Positions 16,536 to 26,733 of a stretch of DNA of 48,012 bases are shown one piece after another. Both the position numbers and the translations under genes were made by a program. The first letter of the stretch is position 1; every line of letters starts with the position of its first letter. The notes below the pieces were generated by a model. It ran no database searches. It worked only from the letters and a program-made list of their open reading frames with translations, and was not told where the DNA came from. This stretch comes from a virus (lineage: Duplodnaviria > Caudoviricetes): positions 1 through 48,012 of the IMG/VR virus record IMGVR_UViG_3300037742_000067; one strand, given 5' to 3'.

Positions 16536-16858
16536 GGGACCCCCTTCCTGGTGAGCTGCGCGAGTAGGAGTGCGTTGTCCGCGCGCTCCCTGGCGTCGTG
16601 CAGCTCCGCCCGGAGTTCTTTGCGCTCTTCCTTCGTGGCCTCTTTGAAGTTCTCGAGGTCCTTGGCGATGACGCGGATCTCCCCGCGCAAAACCTCGTTC
16701 GACCGTTCGAGGTCGGCGACGTAGCGGCTCATCTTCCAGGAGACCGTTCCGGTGGTGAGGAACATGGTCCCGAGCACGGTCACGATCGACCAGATGGCCC
16801 GCGCTCGCTTCTCGTTGCCTGGGGCTAGGAGTTCACTTACGTCGGTTGCGCTGCCCAT
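16532..16858 (-). CDS. Single-TM coiled-coil protein (lysis accessory candidate)
   Basis: TM AIWSIVTVLGTMFLTTGTVSW followed by a heptad pattern. Confidence 0.7.
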   Translation of the reverse strand: MGSATDVSELLAPGNEKRARAIWSIVTVLGTMFLTTGTVSWKMSRYVADLERSNEVLRGEIRVIAKDLENFKEATKEERKELRAELHDARERADNALLLAQLTRKGVP

Positions 16859-18630
16859 TACAGCCCCTCTGGCGCAACGTATGGGGCCGCCACGGGCCCG
16901 TCGTTGAGCATGAAACGGCAGAAACTCGCCGATGCCCCCGTGGGGATAAAGTAGGCGTTGCAGCCCACCCGCACCACGTGCGTAGGCCCGGGGTGGTAGA
17001 AGCTGAACGATACCCGTTGATGATGGGCGGACCCTACGACGCTACGGCCGGCGAGGTGGTAGGGGCCGTCTCCGTCTACCTGCACCGAGAAGGTGACCCG
17101 TATCTCGTTCTCTGTCGCAAACCGCATGTACGTGCTGAATGTGTAGATCCCAGCCGGCCTGCCCGTTCCGATGTCGGCCGACTGAAACGCCATCATATGG
17201 TTGTCGGTCGTGGAGACGAGGGTCTTGACCGTGTCGCCAAGAATGGTCTCGTCCGGACCTGCTGGGCCGCCAACGGTGACCATCGTCGGCAGCCAGTCCA
17301 CGATGCCAGCGGTGAACGTGTTCGGTTGTGCGATTGGCTCCACCGACGACACGTCTACGTCTCGGTGCGCCCAAAGCACGTGAGACACGTCCTGGATCGT
17401 CCCGCCGCTCTCTCGGTTCCAGTCGACTTCATCGCCGCGGCGCACACGGAAACCGCGCGGGTCTCTCCGCTGTCTGACGCGAACGACCTGGTTGGTGTCG
17501 TGTTGCTTCACCAGGCTAAGGAGCGGCACGCGCGAGTGGACGAACGCCCCGTAACATCCCTCGAACGGCACGTCGTTGTTGTTCTCGATGATGAGTTCCG
17601 AGGGCCAGTAGTCGTAGACCTCGAGCAGGTTGCGGTTGGAGAAGTTGTGGTAGTTGTCGTAAAGCTTGAGCTGCATCCGTTGCGACGGGTCGTCCCCGCC
17701 AGGGATGAGAATCGGCGCGCCCCAGTTGCCTCGAAAGCCGTTGTCGGTCGCGCGCTGTCTGACGAGTGAGAAGGAGAGATCGAACTGCGTGACGTGGGAG
17801 ACGGATATCTCTCCAGTGCCAACGAACCAACAGGAGCGCTGGTTGACGACAGCGCTCTGGCCAACCCCGTTCGGGGCGAACATGACGTTGTCCACGAAGA
17901 GGTGCCCGTTCGTGTTCCAGCACCCGAGCGGAAGCCCGTCTTCACTGAGCTGCGGCGGTATGTTCCACTGGTCCCATTCCACGACGCCGCTTTGAAACCG
18001 CATCGTGTCGGCCACTCCCCAGTAGAGATGGGGGCCGAAGAACCTAAAGTTAGACACGAGCCAGCCCGCCTGAATCGACCTGTTCGACGATGGCGTGTCT
18101 GGATTCAGCATGATCGACGGGCCGAGTTGCCCGTAGAATTCACACCCGCTAGAGACGTTTCTGGCGACACCTACGGCCGCGGAAAACTGCCCGTAGTACT
18201 CCGACTCGCCGCATAGCGTGAGGGCCGAATAGCCTCGGGCGAATGTGATGTCCTTCACGAAGTTTTTGAACGAGCCGCAGAGGATCATGCTCTGCGTCTC
18301 AATCTCGTCATCGACCGGCGTGAGCATGGTTCCCGTCTCGCCGACGAGGCCAACGTTGGTCGGAAGCTCGAGTGCGTGCCTGCGCCCAGGAATGCTGGAG
18401 AGCTTGTACTTTCGTCGAGGAAGGAAGACGCTGGGGATGGAGTAGGTGGCCCCCCTGTAGGCGACGCTAGAGTTCTGCTGGAGCGTGTGCGCGTAGTCGA
18501 TGGCTTCCTGAATGGCCGGCCGGTCATCCACGACACTCTCAGTGAGCCTCGGGATAATCATCGGGTAGTCCGACACGGGCGCATTGGAGAGCAGCCTCCC
18601 GCCGGACGACGCCCGAATACCGAAACTCAC
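16858..18630 (-). CDS. Tailspike/depolymerase (beta-helix) with C-terminal carbohydrate-binding-like domain
   Basis: DDRPAIQEAID...VFLP..KY pectate-lyase-like start; GTG 18630 coupled to upstream stop. Confidence 0.7.
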   Translation of the reverse strand: MSFGIRASSGGRLLSNAPVSDYPMIIPRLTESVVDDRPAIQEAIDYAHTLQQNSSVAYRGATYSIPSVFLPRRKYKLSSIPGRRHALELPTNVGLVGETGTMLTPVDDEIETQSMILCGSFKNFVKDITFARGYSALTLCGESEYYGQFSAAVGVARNVSSGCEFYGQLGPSIMLNPDTPSSNRSIQAGWLVSNFRFFGPHLYWGVADTMRFQSGVVEWDQWNIPPQLSEDGLPLGCWNTNGHLFVDNVMFAPNGVGQSAVVNQRSCWFVGTGEISVSHVTQFDLSFSLVRQRATDNGFRGNWGAPILIPGGDDPSQRMQLKLYDNYHNFSNRNLLEVYDYWPSELIIENNNDVPFEGCYGAFVHSRVPLLSLVKQHDTNQVVRVRQRRDPRGFRVRRGDEVDWNRESGGTIQDVSHVLWAHRDVDVSSVEPIAQPNTFTAGIVDWLPTMVTVGGPAGPDETILGDTVKTLVSTTDNHMMAFQSADIGTGRPAGIYTFSTYMRFATENEIRVTFSVQVDGDGPYHLAGRSVVGSAHHQRVSFSFYHPGPTHVVRVGCNAYFIPTGASASFCRFMLNDGPVAAPYVAPEGL

Positions 18631-19403
18631 GGCAGCGCCCACGTGTTGCGTGCCCAGTTTTCTGCCGCTACCGCTTGCGCGTCCGTCCACGCCACGGTCA
18701 GTGCGGAGAGGAAGGCTATGCTCATCGGCTGAGGGAAAAGCCCAGTCGTGTGGTACCCCACGTGAACATTCGGAGTCGTCGGCACGGTCATCGTTGTGCC
18801 AGCGCCGCTAAGTGCATCGTTTGCGCCATTGATCCTTAGCGTGGGCGCGGCGCCTGCGGCCCGCCGAATGGTGACAATCTCCCAGCCTGCCGTGGCGACG
18901 CCTCCGGTGGAATCGAATGCTCCCGGATGGGAAATGCGCCGATTGCCTACGCCTGAGTGGATTGCGAAGTACATCCCTCCGCCGCCAGTGCCGGCGTTGC
19001 CAAAGGCAATCTTGAAGGCTGCCGTCGTTGTGAACTTCATCACGGCAAGCCACGTGTAGGCGCTGTTGCCGAACATGTCGACGCCAGACGCAAGCATGCC
19101 GTCGTTGGAGCCGTCGAACGTGAGAACGCCGTGGCCATTCAGCCCGTACCTGGAATAAGCAGGTCGCGTCGTCAGCGTTGCAGAGAAGTTGACGGCGTTG
19201 CCAGACCTGTCGTCCCACTGGTCAACGACACTGGTCGCCGTTACGCCAAGGTCACCGTGCCAATACCCGGCGAGGCCAGCCCCAGCGAAGAGGAGCGGAT
19301 CGCCTGGCTGTAGTATGTCCCTGCCGAGCGCAACGGGACGGACGCCGTCGCCCAACTGACGGCCCGTTGCGTCCAGTTGCCTACCTCGGACGAGGGACCT
19401 CAT
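18627..19403 (-). CDS. Virion protein with LamG/concanavalin-like domain
   Basis: WDDRSGN...RP.Y...GLNG...LTFDGSND motif. Confidence 0.65.
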   Translation of the reverse strand: MRSLVRGRQLDATGRQLGDGVRPVALGRDILQPGDPLLFAGAGLAGYWHGDLGVTATSVVDQWDDRSGNAVNFSATLTTRPAYSRYGLNGHGVLTFDGSNDGMLASGVDMFGNSAYTWLAVMKFTTTAAFKIAFGNAGTGGGGMYFAIHSGVGNRRISHPGAFDSTGGVATAGWEIVTIRRAAGAAPTLRINGANDALSGAGTTMTVPTTPNVHVGYHTTGLFPQPMSIAFLSALTVAWTDAQAVAAENWARNTWALP

Positions 19404-19404
19404 G

Positions 19405-19782
19405 TCAGATTTGCGCTCGCTGATCGGACAGGGCGATGTTGACGGAGAACGGCGATTGAGCCGTGCCGCCGTTGGTCCATATGACCTTCACGTGCCGCTG
19501 CGCCTCCACGAATACCTCAGCCTGCGTGCCCGCTGTCGCCGCGGGGGCCGACACGGCAAGCTGCCCCATCTGCACCCATCCGGTGGAGTCCACGTCGCCC
19601 ATGTTCTTGTACCACTTGAGCGTCCCAGCCTGGTCGTGCTTGATGTCGATCACGACCTTGAAGACGCCGAAGCAAGCCGGCCAGTTGCCGGGCCACCCCC
19701 CGGTAATGGAGTTGACCAGGGTGTAGTCGCTCGAGTCCGCTCCTGGGGTCGTGCCGGTGTATTTGACGTTGGGGAATGCCAT
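19405..19782 (-). CDS. Small beta-rich virion protein
   Basis: SD GAGGAG; located in the structural arm. Confidence 0.7.
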   Translation of the reverse strand: MAFPNVKYTGTTPGADSSDYTLVNSITGGWPGNWPACFGVFKVVIDIKHDQAGTLKWYKNMGDVDSTGWVQMGQLAVSAPAATAGTQAEVFVEAQRHVKVIWTNGGTAQSPFSVNIALSDQRAQI

Positions 19783-19790
19783 AACTCTCC

Positions 19791-22205
19791 TCAGGGGCCG
19801 AAGCGGCCGGTGATGCTGCGTAGCTGTCTCAGTGTCTCTTCGTCGAGCGGATGCGAAAGCTTCTGCTTCCCGGTGACCTTGTCCGGCGCTCCTGGGGCGG
19901 CGGAGGCAAAGGCTGGCCCGTAGAACTGGAGCAGCGGGTCAAGGCGGAGGCGTGCGCCCTGGAGGATGCCGGCACGACTGGTCGGGACTCCACCGGGGAG
20001 TGACTTCATCCCCGCCTCGCCGGCCACGGCCTCGAGCATCCCAGGTGTAGCGTTGCCGAGCTGGGCGAGTTCACGAAGGGCGGCGTCGGCGTCGGGGTGC
20101 TGCCCTTCGGCCATGTAGTTCTTGGTCGCCCCGAACTGCCCCTTCGCCTCGTTCCCTCCGAGCCGCGTCGGGACGTCGCCGGAGAACCCGCCCATCTCGA
20201 GGGTCCGCTTGGAGCCTTGGGTCTTCTCGGCCGCCTTGTGCTGCCAGGCGCTCCACCCTTTCAGCTCGAGCGTCTCTCCCGCCCCGAGGTCAATGGAGGC
20301 CGTCTCGTTCGCGTTGATGGGCCCCATGGCGGGGAACTGGTCGCGGACCTCGCGGGAGGCGCGGTGGAGGGACTTCAGGGCGTCCACGTCCTTGCCCTCG
20401 CCGATCTGCGCGTGGAGCTTCTGGATGATGTTCTCGGTCTGCTCCGCGTTCAGCTCCTTGGGAGTCACTCGAATCATGTACTCGCCAGGCGCCATGTGCG
20501 CAGCGTCGCGGTACCTGCTCATGACTCGCTCAACATCGATGCCCTGCTTGGCGGCGGCTTCCGGCGTCAGGTCGAACGATCCTGGGCGGGCCGATTTGGT
20601 AATTGCCTGGTCGTTCACAGACGGAGCGATCTCCATGTGCGCCGCGTCGCCGATGAGCTTCTGGAGGTCCTTGTTCTGCTGGGCATGCCGCGGGAGGTTC
20701 GAGCCGCTCTCGTACGCCCCCCGTTCGTGGAGCTTCATCGCTTCCTTCACGATGGCTGTCTGCGGCTTTCGCACGTCGGCGGACATGTCGTAATACGTTC
20801 GCTGGGGCACACCAACGTCGCGCTGCGTGGTGGCCGCAAGGCGCCTCGCCCCTTGGGTGAGAGGCTGCTCCATCTTCCCAGCGACGAAGTCCTGCTCTCG
20901 CCCGGTCTGCCCGCCGAAGGCTTCCTCGGAAGCTTCCTGGATGGCTTGGCCCTTCGGGGTCCGCTTGACGCCGCGGAGGATGTCCGTCTCGGCGACGCCG
21001 CCAATCTCCGCCTTGCTCAAGGCCGGCATCGAGCGAAGGAGCGCCTTCTTGTGCGCCCCCTGGGCAGCTCCCGGGATGGCGCCGAGCCCGCCGCCGAGAA
21101 AGAGCTCCATGCCGGTGGGGAGGCGGTCCTCGGAGGCGGCGATCGACGTGGCCCCTACCGCTCCCGCTCCCGCGCCAGCAAGGGCTCCCCTGCCGCCGGC
21201 CCCGAGGAGAGTGCGGGCGCCAGCAGCGGGGAGCGACTTGGTGATGGCTTGGGAAGCGAGGCCCATCGGGCTCACCCTGGAGGCGCCGCCGACGACTTCT
21301 CCCGCAAGCTCGGAGAGGGGATAGGTCTCGCCCATCCTTCCGACGTTCTCCCCGGTCTCCTTGTCGAGCGCTCCGATGGCTTTGGCGGGAAGACCAAAGG
21401 CTTGCCGGTTCACCCCGGAGACGGCTCCCATGAGAGGCCCGGCCACGTTCTCGACGAGGGCTTTCTTGACGACGTCCCCGCCGGTCTCGGCCTTCTTGTA
21501 GGCGACCCTTACCACGGGCCGACCTTCCGCTTTGGCCTGGTCGTGGATGGTCTTCCAGAGCTGGTCAGCGTACTCCTTGTAAGCGTCGTCTCCGATGCCC
21601 ATGTCGGCCACACCTGGAATGTACGGGGCCATCTCCCGGCGAAACTGCGTGACCGGTGGCTCGAGGAAGTACTCGGTCATGTGGATGGCCTCTTTGGCCT
21701 TCCCGAGCGCTCCCGAGAACATCTCCATGGGGTTGACCCCTCCGCCTGGCATCGTCGGCGGCTCTTGACTCGGGGGGCGGAACTCGGGAGGCGCGTGGAG
21801 GTCCTTGCGCCGGGAGGCCGTCTGCGACGCTTCGGGCGCGTCGTCGCCGAAGTGGCTCGCGTCGTAGGCTTGCCGCTCCTGGTCGCGCCGCTGAACCGCC
21901 ATCTCCTCGGTCTCGCCGGGCTGGCCCACCGTCATCTTCGGCGAGAGCTTCATCGCCTGCATCGCTCCAGGTTTCTCGGCGAGCTTGAGGATCTCCTCAT
22001 CGGGCGAGGGAGGGACAGGGATCTTATCGGCAAGCATGTCCCCACCGGTCGGCCCCAGGTTGAACATTGAGTTCGACTCGGCGGCGGGAGCGCCCTTCGG
22101 CGCGGCGATGTCGAGAAGCTCGTCGATCTCCTGGTCGGAGAACGCAGTAGGGTCCTGCTTGGCCAGGTCCAGAGCCTTGAGAGCGCGCTCGCGACTGATG
22201 GTCAC
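19791..22205 (-). CDS. Large internal virion (DNA ejection) protein
   Basis: Gly/Ala-rich membrane-like middle segment; position in the ejection cluster. Confidence 0.65.
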   Translation of the reverse strand: MTISRERALKALDLAKQDPTAFSDQEIDELLDIAAPKGAPAAESNSMFNLGPTGGDMLADKIPVPPSPDEEILKLAEKPGAMQAMKLSPKMTVGQPGETEEMAVQRRDQERQAYDASHFGDDAPEASQTASRRKDLHAPPEFRPPSQEPPTMPGGGVNPMEMFSGALGKAKEAIHMTEYFLEPPVTQFRREMAPYIPGVADMGIGDDAYKEYADQLWKTIHDQAKAEGRPVVRVAYKKAETGGDVVKKALVENVAGPLMGAVSGVNRQAFGLPAKAIGALDKETGENVGRMGETYPLSELAGEVVGGASRVSPMGLASQAITKSLPAAGARTLLGAGGRGALAGAGAGAVGATSIAASEDRLPTGMELFLGGGLGAIPGAAQGAHKKALLRSMPALSKAEIGGVAETDILRGVKRTPKGQAIQEASEEAFGGQTGREQDFVAGKMEQPLTQGARRLAATTQRDVGVPQRTYYDMSADVRKPQTAIVKEAMKLHERGAYESGSNLPRHAQQNKDLQKLIGDAAHMEIAPSVNDQAITKSARPGSFDLTPEAAAKQGIDVERVMSRYRDAAHMAPGEYMIRVTPKELNAEQTENIIQKLHAQIGEGKDVDALKSLHRASREVRDQFPAMGPINANETASIDLGAGETLELKGWSAWQHKAAEKTQGSKRTLEMGGFSGDVPTRLGGNEAKGQFGATKNYMAEGQHPDADAALRELAQLGNATPGMLEAVAGEAGMKSLPGGVPTSRAGILQGARLRLDPLLQFYGPAFASAAPGAPDKVTGKQKLSHPLDEETLRQLRSITGRFGP

Positions 22206-23740
22206 AGACCCCTCGCCTTCATCTTCTCTTCGAGGGACATCTTGGGACCGCTCGGCGCCCCACCCTTAGGGCCACTCGGGGGCTTCTGGTCGCTCCACTT
22301 GCCGGTGAAGAACCCGCTCACGAGTTCCTCCTGCTTCGCCCTGTCCTCGGGCGTAGCGAGGCCGACGTTGTTGCGGAAGTACCCCTGGCCGGTCTGCACG
22401 GCGTTCTGGATGCGCTCGTTGAAGACCTGTCTCGCGCGGGACGTGATGTTCTTCAATCCTCGGATGAGGTCATCGTCGAGCTTGCCGCCGTTGGTGTAGC
22501 GGTTCAGCTTCGTCTCCCACTGGGACAGGGCTCCCGCGCCGCCCATGATGCGGTCCACTTCCCGCTCACTCACGGCCGCCCCTGAAATGGACTTCATGTA
22601 CCTGGAGAGGGCCGCTCCGCCTGAGAACCCGTCCTGGCCAGCCTTCTCGAGCGCGCTCTCCATCTCCGCCGTCTCGGCGAGCGCCTTCCTGGCGTCGGGG
22701 ATCTTCTGGTCGGAGGAGAGCTTGAAGAGGAAGGTCTGCGTGTCGTCCGACAGGGCGCCGAGTCTGCTCTGTTCCTGCCGGCCGACGCCGAGCCCCGAGC
22801 CTCCCGCGGCCGCACCGCCCTTGGCGGGAGCGGGGGCCGACGAGGGGAGCTTCTGGGCCTTGAAGCTGCCCATCTCCTTGTTGAGCTGGTTGATGCCGAG
22901 CTGGAGCGCTTCCTTGTCGCTGAATCCTGCGGAGATGGCGCGCTCGGCCACTTCGCTCGCGCGCTTTGCGGCTGCCTGCTGCTCGGGGTTTCTGGGGTCG
23001 TCGATGTAGGGAGCGATGGCGGCCTCGATGGCGCCGCGACTCTTCTCCTTCTCGGCGGGCTCGTCGAACGTCTGGACGAGGTTGCCCTCCCGGTCACGAA
23101 TGGAGAACCGCCCACCCTTGCCCTTGGGCTTGGGGGCAGCCGGCATCCCGAGCGCTTCCCACGGCATCGGCGACGCACCGGGGTCTTCCGCTGGAGCCCC
23201 AGGCTCCTTGCCGTTCTCCGTGTTCATGAACTGGTCGAGCGCGCTCATGAACTTCTTGTTGGGCTTCGGCACTCCCGGGCCAGCTTTGGCAGGAGGCGCC
23301 GCCGCTTCGGGGAGAATGGCGCCAGCGCCTTCGGCCTGGACGGGGGCCTGGAACTCGCTCTCGCTCTCGTCCACCGAGTAGCCGAGCCGGGTCAGCTCTT
23401 GGCGGATGAGGTCCCGCTCTTGGGTCCCTTTCGCTTTGCGGAAGGCGTCCATGAGGAAGCCGACGCGCTTCTCCCTGTTCGCGTTGCCTCGTTCTTGAGT
23501 GGCCTCTCGCCGAGCGTCCACCGAGTCCTGGTAGTAGGCGTTTCTGCCCTTCACCGACTCGTGCTCGACGGCGAGGCTCGCCCCGTGCTTCGCCATGTCC
23601 TGCGAGAGCTGCTGCTTCTTGAGCGCGTTGTCGCGAAGCTCGCTGCCGAAGTCGGCGAGGCCGTTGAACCCGGTAGCCGAGGACGGGAGCTGCCCCGGTC
23701 CCTGGTAGGGCGTGACGAAGAGGTCGAGGGGGATGGGCAT
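22202..23740 (-). CDS. Internal virion (DNA ejection) protein
   Basis: SGAAVSEREV.R motif; helical with Pro/Ala linkers. Confidence 0.65.
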   Translation of the reverse strand: MPIPLDLFVTPYQGPGQLPSSATGFNGLADFGSELRDNALKKQQLSQDMAKHGASLAVEHESVKGRNAYYQDSVDARREATQERGNANREKRVGFLMDAFRKAKGTQERDLIRQELTRLGYSVDESESEFQAPVQAEGAGAILPEAAAPPAKAGPGVPKPNKKFMSALDQFMNTENGKEPGAPAEDPGASPMPWEALGMPAAPKPKGKGGRFSIRDREGNLVQTFDEPAEKEKSRGAIEAAIAPYIDDPRNPEQQAAAKRASEVAERAISAGFSDKEALQLGINQLNKEMGSFKAQKLPSSAPAPAKGGAAAGGSGLGVGRQEQSRLGALSDDTQTFLFKLSSDQKIPDARKALAETAEMESALEKAGQDGFSGGAALSRYMKSISGAAVSEREVDRIMGGAGALSQWETKLNRYTNGGKLDDDLIRGLKNITSRARQVFNERIQNAVQTGQGYFRNNVGLATPEDRAKQEELVSGFFTGKWSDQKPPSGPKGGAPSGPKMSLEEKMKARGL

Positions 23741-26733
23741 CAGCCGTACACCGGGGTTGTGATGGTGGACCCGTCAGGCCCTTTGGAAGCCGTGTAGGCG
23801 ACGATCCGCTGCCCAGCCGGCGCCATGAGCGACTGCGCGGCGACTGGCGCGGCCGGCGCACCGCTGCCCGGTGGGATGATGGGCGTGCCGGTTCCTCCGG
23901 TGCCACTGCCGGACCTTCGAATCTGGTCGATCATCCCCGTGGTCAGCGACCCGGTCGCTCTCGCCATGGACATGAGCTGGTTGATCTGCTCCTGGTTCAA
24001 GCCGTAGTTCATGAGGGCCTGGTTCATCCCCTCCGCTCCCATGCCGAGGCCGAGCTGCTGCATCTGCGAGAAGAGCTGGGAGTCCATGTTGAACATCCCA
24101 TCGTAGCTCCGCTGCATCGTTCCCGAGAGGGCGTTGCCGTACTGCATCGCGTTCTGGAAGCCGTTCTGGGCTCTCGTGGTCTGCGCCCCCTGAGCCGTGG
24201 CTGCGGCGTTGGCCTGGGAGTTGAGCGACGATAGCTGTTGCTGCGAGTTCGTTCCAGCGAGGGACGTGAGCATGTTGGCGTAGCCGAGGTTCATCGCCTG
24301 CCCCGCTTGCGTCACCCCAGCCCTGGCGATGGCGTCCTGCGAGACGGCCAGCCCGTAGTCCGTCGAGGCCCTCTGCCCTGCGAGCTGGGCGTTGTAGCGA
24401 TCGATGTTCTGGCCGCCCACCCCGAGGTTGTACTGCCCGAGCGAGTTCAGGTAGCTCATGTCGAGGTTGCCTCGGGCGATGGCGTCCTGCGACACGTTGA
24501 GGCCGTAGTCGGCCTTTGCCTGCTGGCCGGCGAGCTGCTGGGACATCAGGTCGATTCCGTAGTTGGCGCGGCCGAGATCGTATTGGGACCTCTCCCGCTC
24601 CCAGGACATCTGGAGTTCGTTGCGAGCGAGGTTCGCCTGGTAGGAGTCGATGCCGAACTGGGCCACGGCGTCCTGGTAGCCGCGCTCGAGCTGCGCACGC
24701 TGCATTCCGTAGTCGGCCTGCGTCGTCTGGTAGTTGGCTCCCGCTTGGTCCCAGGCGAGCTGGGCCTGGTTACGGGCGAGGTTCGCCTGGTAGCTGTCGA
24801 CGCCGTACTTCGCCACTGCGTCTTGGTAGGACGCTTGGGCGTTGTAGACGTCGAGGCCGTATCCGGCCTGCGCAACGTCGTAGTTCGCCCCCGCTTCGGC
24901 CCATCCGCGCGCTTCGCTCCCACGTTGGAGGTTCGCCTTGTACGCGTCGAGGGAGAAGCCCTTGGCTTGCGCTTCGGCGTTGAGCCGCTGATCGGCCGCC
25001 TCGAGCCCGTACTGGGCCACGTCCATCTCGTACTTTTTGGCGGAGTTCTGCCACTCGAGCGTCTGGGCGTTGCGCGCCATCTCGTCCTGCGAGAGGTTCA
25101 GCCCGTACTCCGCTTTCTGTCCCGTGTAGTCGAGCCCGAGCCGAGCGCGCTCCACGGCGTCCTGCGAGACGTTGAGGGAGTGACCCGCCCGCTCACTCTC
25201 CCACCCGCGCGCATCGGCGGACCTCGAAAGCTCGTCGGCGCTTCGCTCGAGGCCGTACCCCGTTCGGGCCGTCTCCCATCCCCTGGCTTCCGCCGAGCGC
25301 TGGAGACCGTACTGCCCTTCCTCTTTGGCCTGCTGGGCCGAGAGGTTCATCATGGCCTCGGCGATCATGTCGTCGGCTGCTGCAGAGCCGTACATGCCCT
25401 TGGCCGCCATGGTCGACCGGATGCGCTCGGACATCTTCCGAGCCTCGTTGTCGTAGTAGGCCGACATGTCCTTGGGAGCGAAGTCCTGGGCGTTGAAGTC
25501 ACCCGGCCTCTGCCCAGGCATGTACTGGTTCATGAAGGCGTCGGTGGAGGGGTTGTTCCCTACCGTTGGGGCAGGTCCGAACTCGTCACCCGGTCGGCGA
25601 CCGACGTTGCCCTGCCCGGCGAACTGCCCGGTGGGCGCCCCGGTTGGACCCTGGAAAGGACCGAAGGAGCCCGTGAACTCTCCGGGTAGCTGGGGCTGGC
25701 CGAAGTAATCCCCGAACTGGTGATTGGCGAGGGTCGGCTCTTGCCCGTACCCCTGCGTGTACGCCCCCGGCATCCCGCTGTTCTGGAAGTAGGAGCCCCA
25801 ATTGGGGTCGTTGACGTTGGGCATCGCCCCGAATTGTTGGGCGAAAGAACCTGGGACATTGGGGTTTGTAAAGCGGTCCTGGAGGTTGCCGTACTGGGCT
25901 GTTGGTAGCGCCCCGAAGTCAGCGGTGGGCTGGTAGCCAACGGTCGGCTTCGCCCCGAAGGCTCCTGACCCGGTGGCGAGCGCCTGGGCCATGGTCGGGA
26001 GATTCCCGAAGCTCGCGGCCGGCGCGCTGCCCACGGTGGGGGTCTGAACCCCACGCATGTACATGCCCGACATGTTCGAGTAGAGGGAGTCGAGGCTTGA
26101 GCCGGTGGCCCCGTAGCGCTGGGCGTTGGCGGCGTAGAAAGCCTCCGCAGCGCCAGGCACCGTCATGTCGACGCCCGACATGTTCTTGCCGAAGTCGGTC
26201 GATGGAGGGGTGAACCCGCCTACCGTCTTGTCGAGCGAGAACCCTCCCCCCGGGTCGTACCAGGGAGGAAGCGGCACCGGCGGGGCGGGGCCGAACGGCC
26301 CGATGGGCGGCGGGACTCCTCCGCCCGTACCGGTGGGGTCGTTGCCCGCACCGCCGCCCTTGGTTTTGGGGTCGATCTCCCAATCGATCCAGACGTAATA
26401 CCCAGTGCTCTGGTTGTATTTCCACGTCCCCGAGTTCGCCCATCGCCCCTTGGGCGGCGGAGCGTTGGCCCGATCAGACGTCCAGTCTTGGGGTACAGGC
26501 CCGCCGTCGAGCCCAGTCGGATTGGGAGGCGGTTGCCACGGAGGCGTGACGGGCGGCGGGGCCGGCGGAGGCGGAGCGGGCGGGGGTATGACCGGGCCGA
26601 GAGGTCCTGTCGGATTCGGTGCCGGCGTCGGAGGGGGCGGAGGCGGAGCTGTGGGACCCGGCGTCTGCGTCGGCGGAGCGATACTCGTCGTCGGGTTGAT
26701 GCCCGGCGTCTGCCCTGTCGGCGCGGTCAGCAC
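23740..26733 (-). CDS. Internal virion/pilot protein with poly-Pro N-terminus, 28-aa FG repeats and 50-aa helical repeats
   Basis: Repeats visible in the translation; Q/A/N/G/Y-rich. Confidence 0.7.
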   Translation of the reverse strand: MLTAPTGQTPGINPTTSIAPPTQTPGPTAPPPPPPTPAPNPTGPLGPVIPPPAPPPPAPPPVTPPWQPPPNPTGLDGGPVPQDWTSDRANAPPPKGRWANSGTWKYNQSTGYYVWIDWEIDPKTKGGGAGNDPTGTGGGVPPPIGPFGPAPPVPLPPWYDPGGGFSLDKTVGGFTPPSTDFGKNMSGVDMTVPGAAEAFYAANAQRYGATGSSLDSLYSNMSGMYMRGVQTPTVGSAPAASFGNLPTMAQALATGSGAFGAKPTVGYQPTADFGALPTAQYGNLQDRFTNPNVPGSFAQQFGAMPNVNDPNWGSYFQNSGMPGAYTQGYGQEPTLANHQFGDYFGQPQLPGEFTGSFGPFQGPTGAPTGQFAGQGNVGRRPGDEFGPAPTVGNNPSTDAFMNQYMPGQRPGDFNAQDFAPKDMSAYYDNEARKMSERIRSTMAAKGMYGSAAADDMIAEAMMNLSAQQAKEEGQYGLQRSAEARGWETARTGYGLERSADELSRSADARGWESERAGHSLNVSQDAVERARLGLDYTGQKAEYGLNLSQDEMARNAQTLEWQNSAKKYEMDVAQYGLEAADQRLNAEAQAKGFSLDAYKANLQRGSEARGWAEAGANYDVAQAGYGLDVYNAQASYQDAVAKYGVDSYQANLARNQAQLAWDQAGANYQTTQADYGMQRAQLERGYQDAVAQFGIDSYQANLARNELQMSWERERSQYDLGRANYGIDLMSQQLAGQQAKADYGLNVSQDAIARGNLDMSYLNSLGQYNLGVGGQNIDRYNAQLAGQRASTDYGLAVSQDAIARAGVTQAGQAMNLGYANMLTSLAGTNSQQQLSSLNSQANAAATAQGAQTTRAQNGFQNAMQYGNALSGTMQRSYDGMFNMDSQLFSQMQQLGLGMGAEGMNQALMNYGLNQEQINQLMSMARATGSLTTGMIDQIRRSGSGTGGTGTPIIPPGSGAPAAPVAAQSLMAPAGQRIVAYTASKGPDGSTITTPVYG

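Noticed and set aside
20097-22070. Long + strand ORFs opposite structural genes (also 24238..25689, 33456..34658, 35005..36327)
   Set aside because: Antisense shadows typical of high-GC3 genes; Arg/Gly/Val-rich with no motifs or RBS
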